Source: Heptranchias perlo (taxonomy: Eukaryota). Taken from it: a stretch of 64,000 nt of DNA. The notes below the pieces were generated by a model, which saw only the letters and a list, made by a program, of their open reading frames with translations, had not been told where the DNA came from and ran no database searches. The DNA is taken from the NCBI RefSeq assembly GCF_035084215.1, contig NW_027138407.1, forward strand, positions 1,240,001-1,304,000. Direction: 5' to 3'. The position numbers and the translations under genes were made by a program. Of the stretch, positions 62,521 through 64,000 are shown in pieces; within the stretch, counting starts at the first letter, position 1; each line of letters begins with the position of its first letter.

Positions 62521-63238
62521 CGACCGGAATGTCACAAAATCGACGGGATAGCGGGCAGTGTTGGGAGAAACAGGGACTGTCAGTACTTACCACACGATAG
62601 TGTCGGTGCAAAAACAGGCAAATGAACAATAATGCAGGACAGTAATATCACTATTTATTATTAATAACAATAACCATGCTGTTAATTTCATGATAGGATG
62701 CCCGATGAGACGGTGCTTCCAATCCCCGTTCATTAAATGAGGACCTTAATTTTCAATCTTAATGAAACAAATATAAAACCAGTTCTCATTTTGTGTCTCA
62801 GGACTGTCGCCCGAGGCGGCAGGAAATGAACTGAATGGAGGGGAAGCATTTACTAACGATTTAAAGAGCCAGAGAGGAGTCAAAAACCTTCAGACCAATG
62901 ACGTCTCCGCTGAATCGTGACCCCGTGAGACTCCTGGTCCCAAACAGGTTGCGGAAACTCAGAGGAGAGTCCAGAGAACACGAGAGAGCAACAATCAATA
63001 GTCTGAAGATGGAGATTGGCAGAGAGACAGTTCCCAGCAAGTGACAGAAAAACCACGGCGGAAACTGCACGGACTGATCTCATTGACAACTGAGTGACTT
63101 TGGGGCAAGTTCTCAGGTTGGTGGAAAACCGCGAGCAGCACAAACTGAGGGTTATATCCGGCATCAGCAGGCAGAACCTCTGATCTACAAAGCGGGGAGA
63201 GTTTCTGTCCGAGGGTTTAATTGAATTCCATCACTGTG

Positions 63239-63693
63239 AGTCTCAGGGCACAGTAATAAACTGCAGTGTCGCTCAGCTGCAATCCCGAAATGGTTAAAGT
63301 GGTGAATTCGGTCGAGGTCTGGAGCTCTGCTGAGAAACGAGCTGTAGCAAAATCTGATTTATACTCAACACCATCATGATCCTTCCTCAGTATATACTCG
63401 GGTTCTGTGCCTGGGTATTGCCGGTACCAGTAGAAATAGTAGACGCTCTGTGTAGTATCATAGGTACAGTATAAAGTCACCGCTCCTCCTTCCGTCTTAA
63501 CTGCTGAGGGCAGCGGCTGAGTGACAGAATCTCCATGACTCAGATCTGAAAAAGATGTTCAACAGGAAAAGATCAGACCGACGGGTGTTTAAAATTAAAT
63601 TAAAACTCAGTTGGAAATGAGAGAAAAGATGTTTGGTCCATAATTACCTGTCAGAAATGCTCCCCACACAACCCAGATGCTGAGTAGCCGCAT
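63239..63693 (-). CDS. TCR alpha/delta V gene segment, apparently functional (leader 63648-63693, V exon 63239-63545)
   Basis: Leader MRLLSIWVVWGAFLT; TLYC, YWYRQ, YYCALR. RSS: CACAGTG (63232-63238), 23 bp, ACAGAAACT. Same family as 23081. Confidence 0.95.
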
Positions 63694-64000
63694 TGTCGCT
63701 GTCGGCTCTGTAAAAGAGGGTTTCGATATTTGAAGACAACCCTTCGAATCCCCGCACTAAATAATCTGCTGTCGTGTCTCAGGATGCTCTCACCTCACTT
63801 CCTTGTGTCCCCAGTGGTGCTGTGAGACCGGCAGGAGGCGAGCTCGCTGCCAATCAATGGAAATACTCCGAGTTGGGCTACAGTTAGTGTCGTTACAGGG
63901 GGAATATTTCCGGCTTTTGGAGACCGGGAGTGGGAATGAGATCCTTGTTTGGTTATTGTAACTGGGAAGCACAGTGATTGTTAATGGTGACAGAAAACAT

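Noticed and set aside
62861-63070. ORF containing GSRFSG as a V remnant
   Set aside because: No cysteines or Trp in V spacing and no RSS.

Overview
Eukaryotic DNA from a cartilaginous fish (shark-type LINEs/SINEs and NAR-TCR genes): part of the T-cell receptor alpha/delta locus. The window holds about 15 TRAV/TRDV-type V segments and remnants. Six look functional (leader + V exon + 22/23-bp RSS); the rest are pseudogenes. They sit in a ~10-kb tandem duplication and a large inverted duplication, separated by CR1/L2-group LINE and DeuSINE fragments. The main feature is a compact ~8.6-kb minus-strand unit at 46689-55281: leader - NAR-type V (22-RSS) - D (12/12-RSS) - long two-Cys J (23-RSS) - leaderless supporting Vdelta with an extra CDR1 Cys - four 12-RSS J segments - complete three-exon TCR-delta constant region. 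I see no Ddelta between the supporting V and the J segments. This is a NAR-TCR cassette directly coupled to a J-Cdelta module inside the V array, resembling mammalian TCR-mu clusters. The NAR V carries one in-frame TGA and three of the four J segments are non-canonical, but Cdelta and one J are intact. All calls were read by hand from the sequence; no database searches were run.
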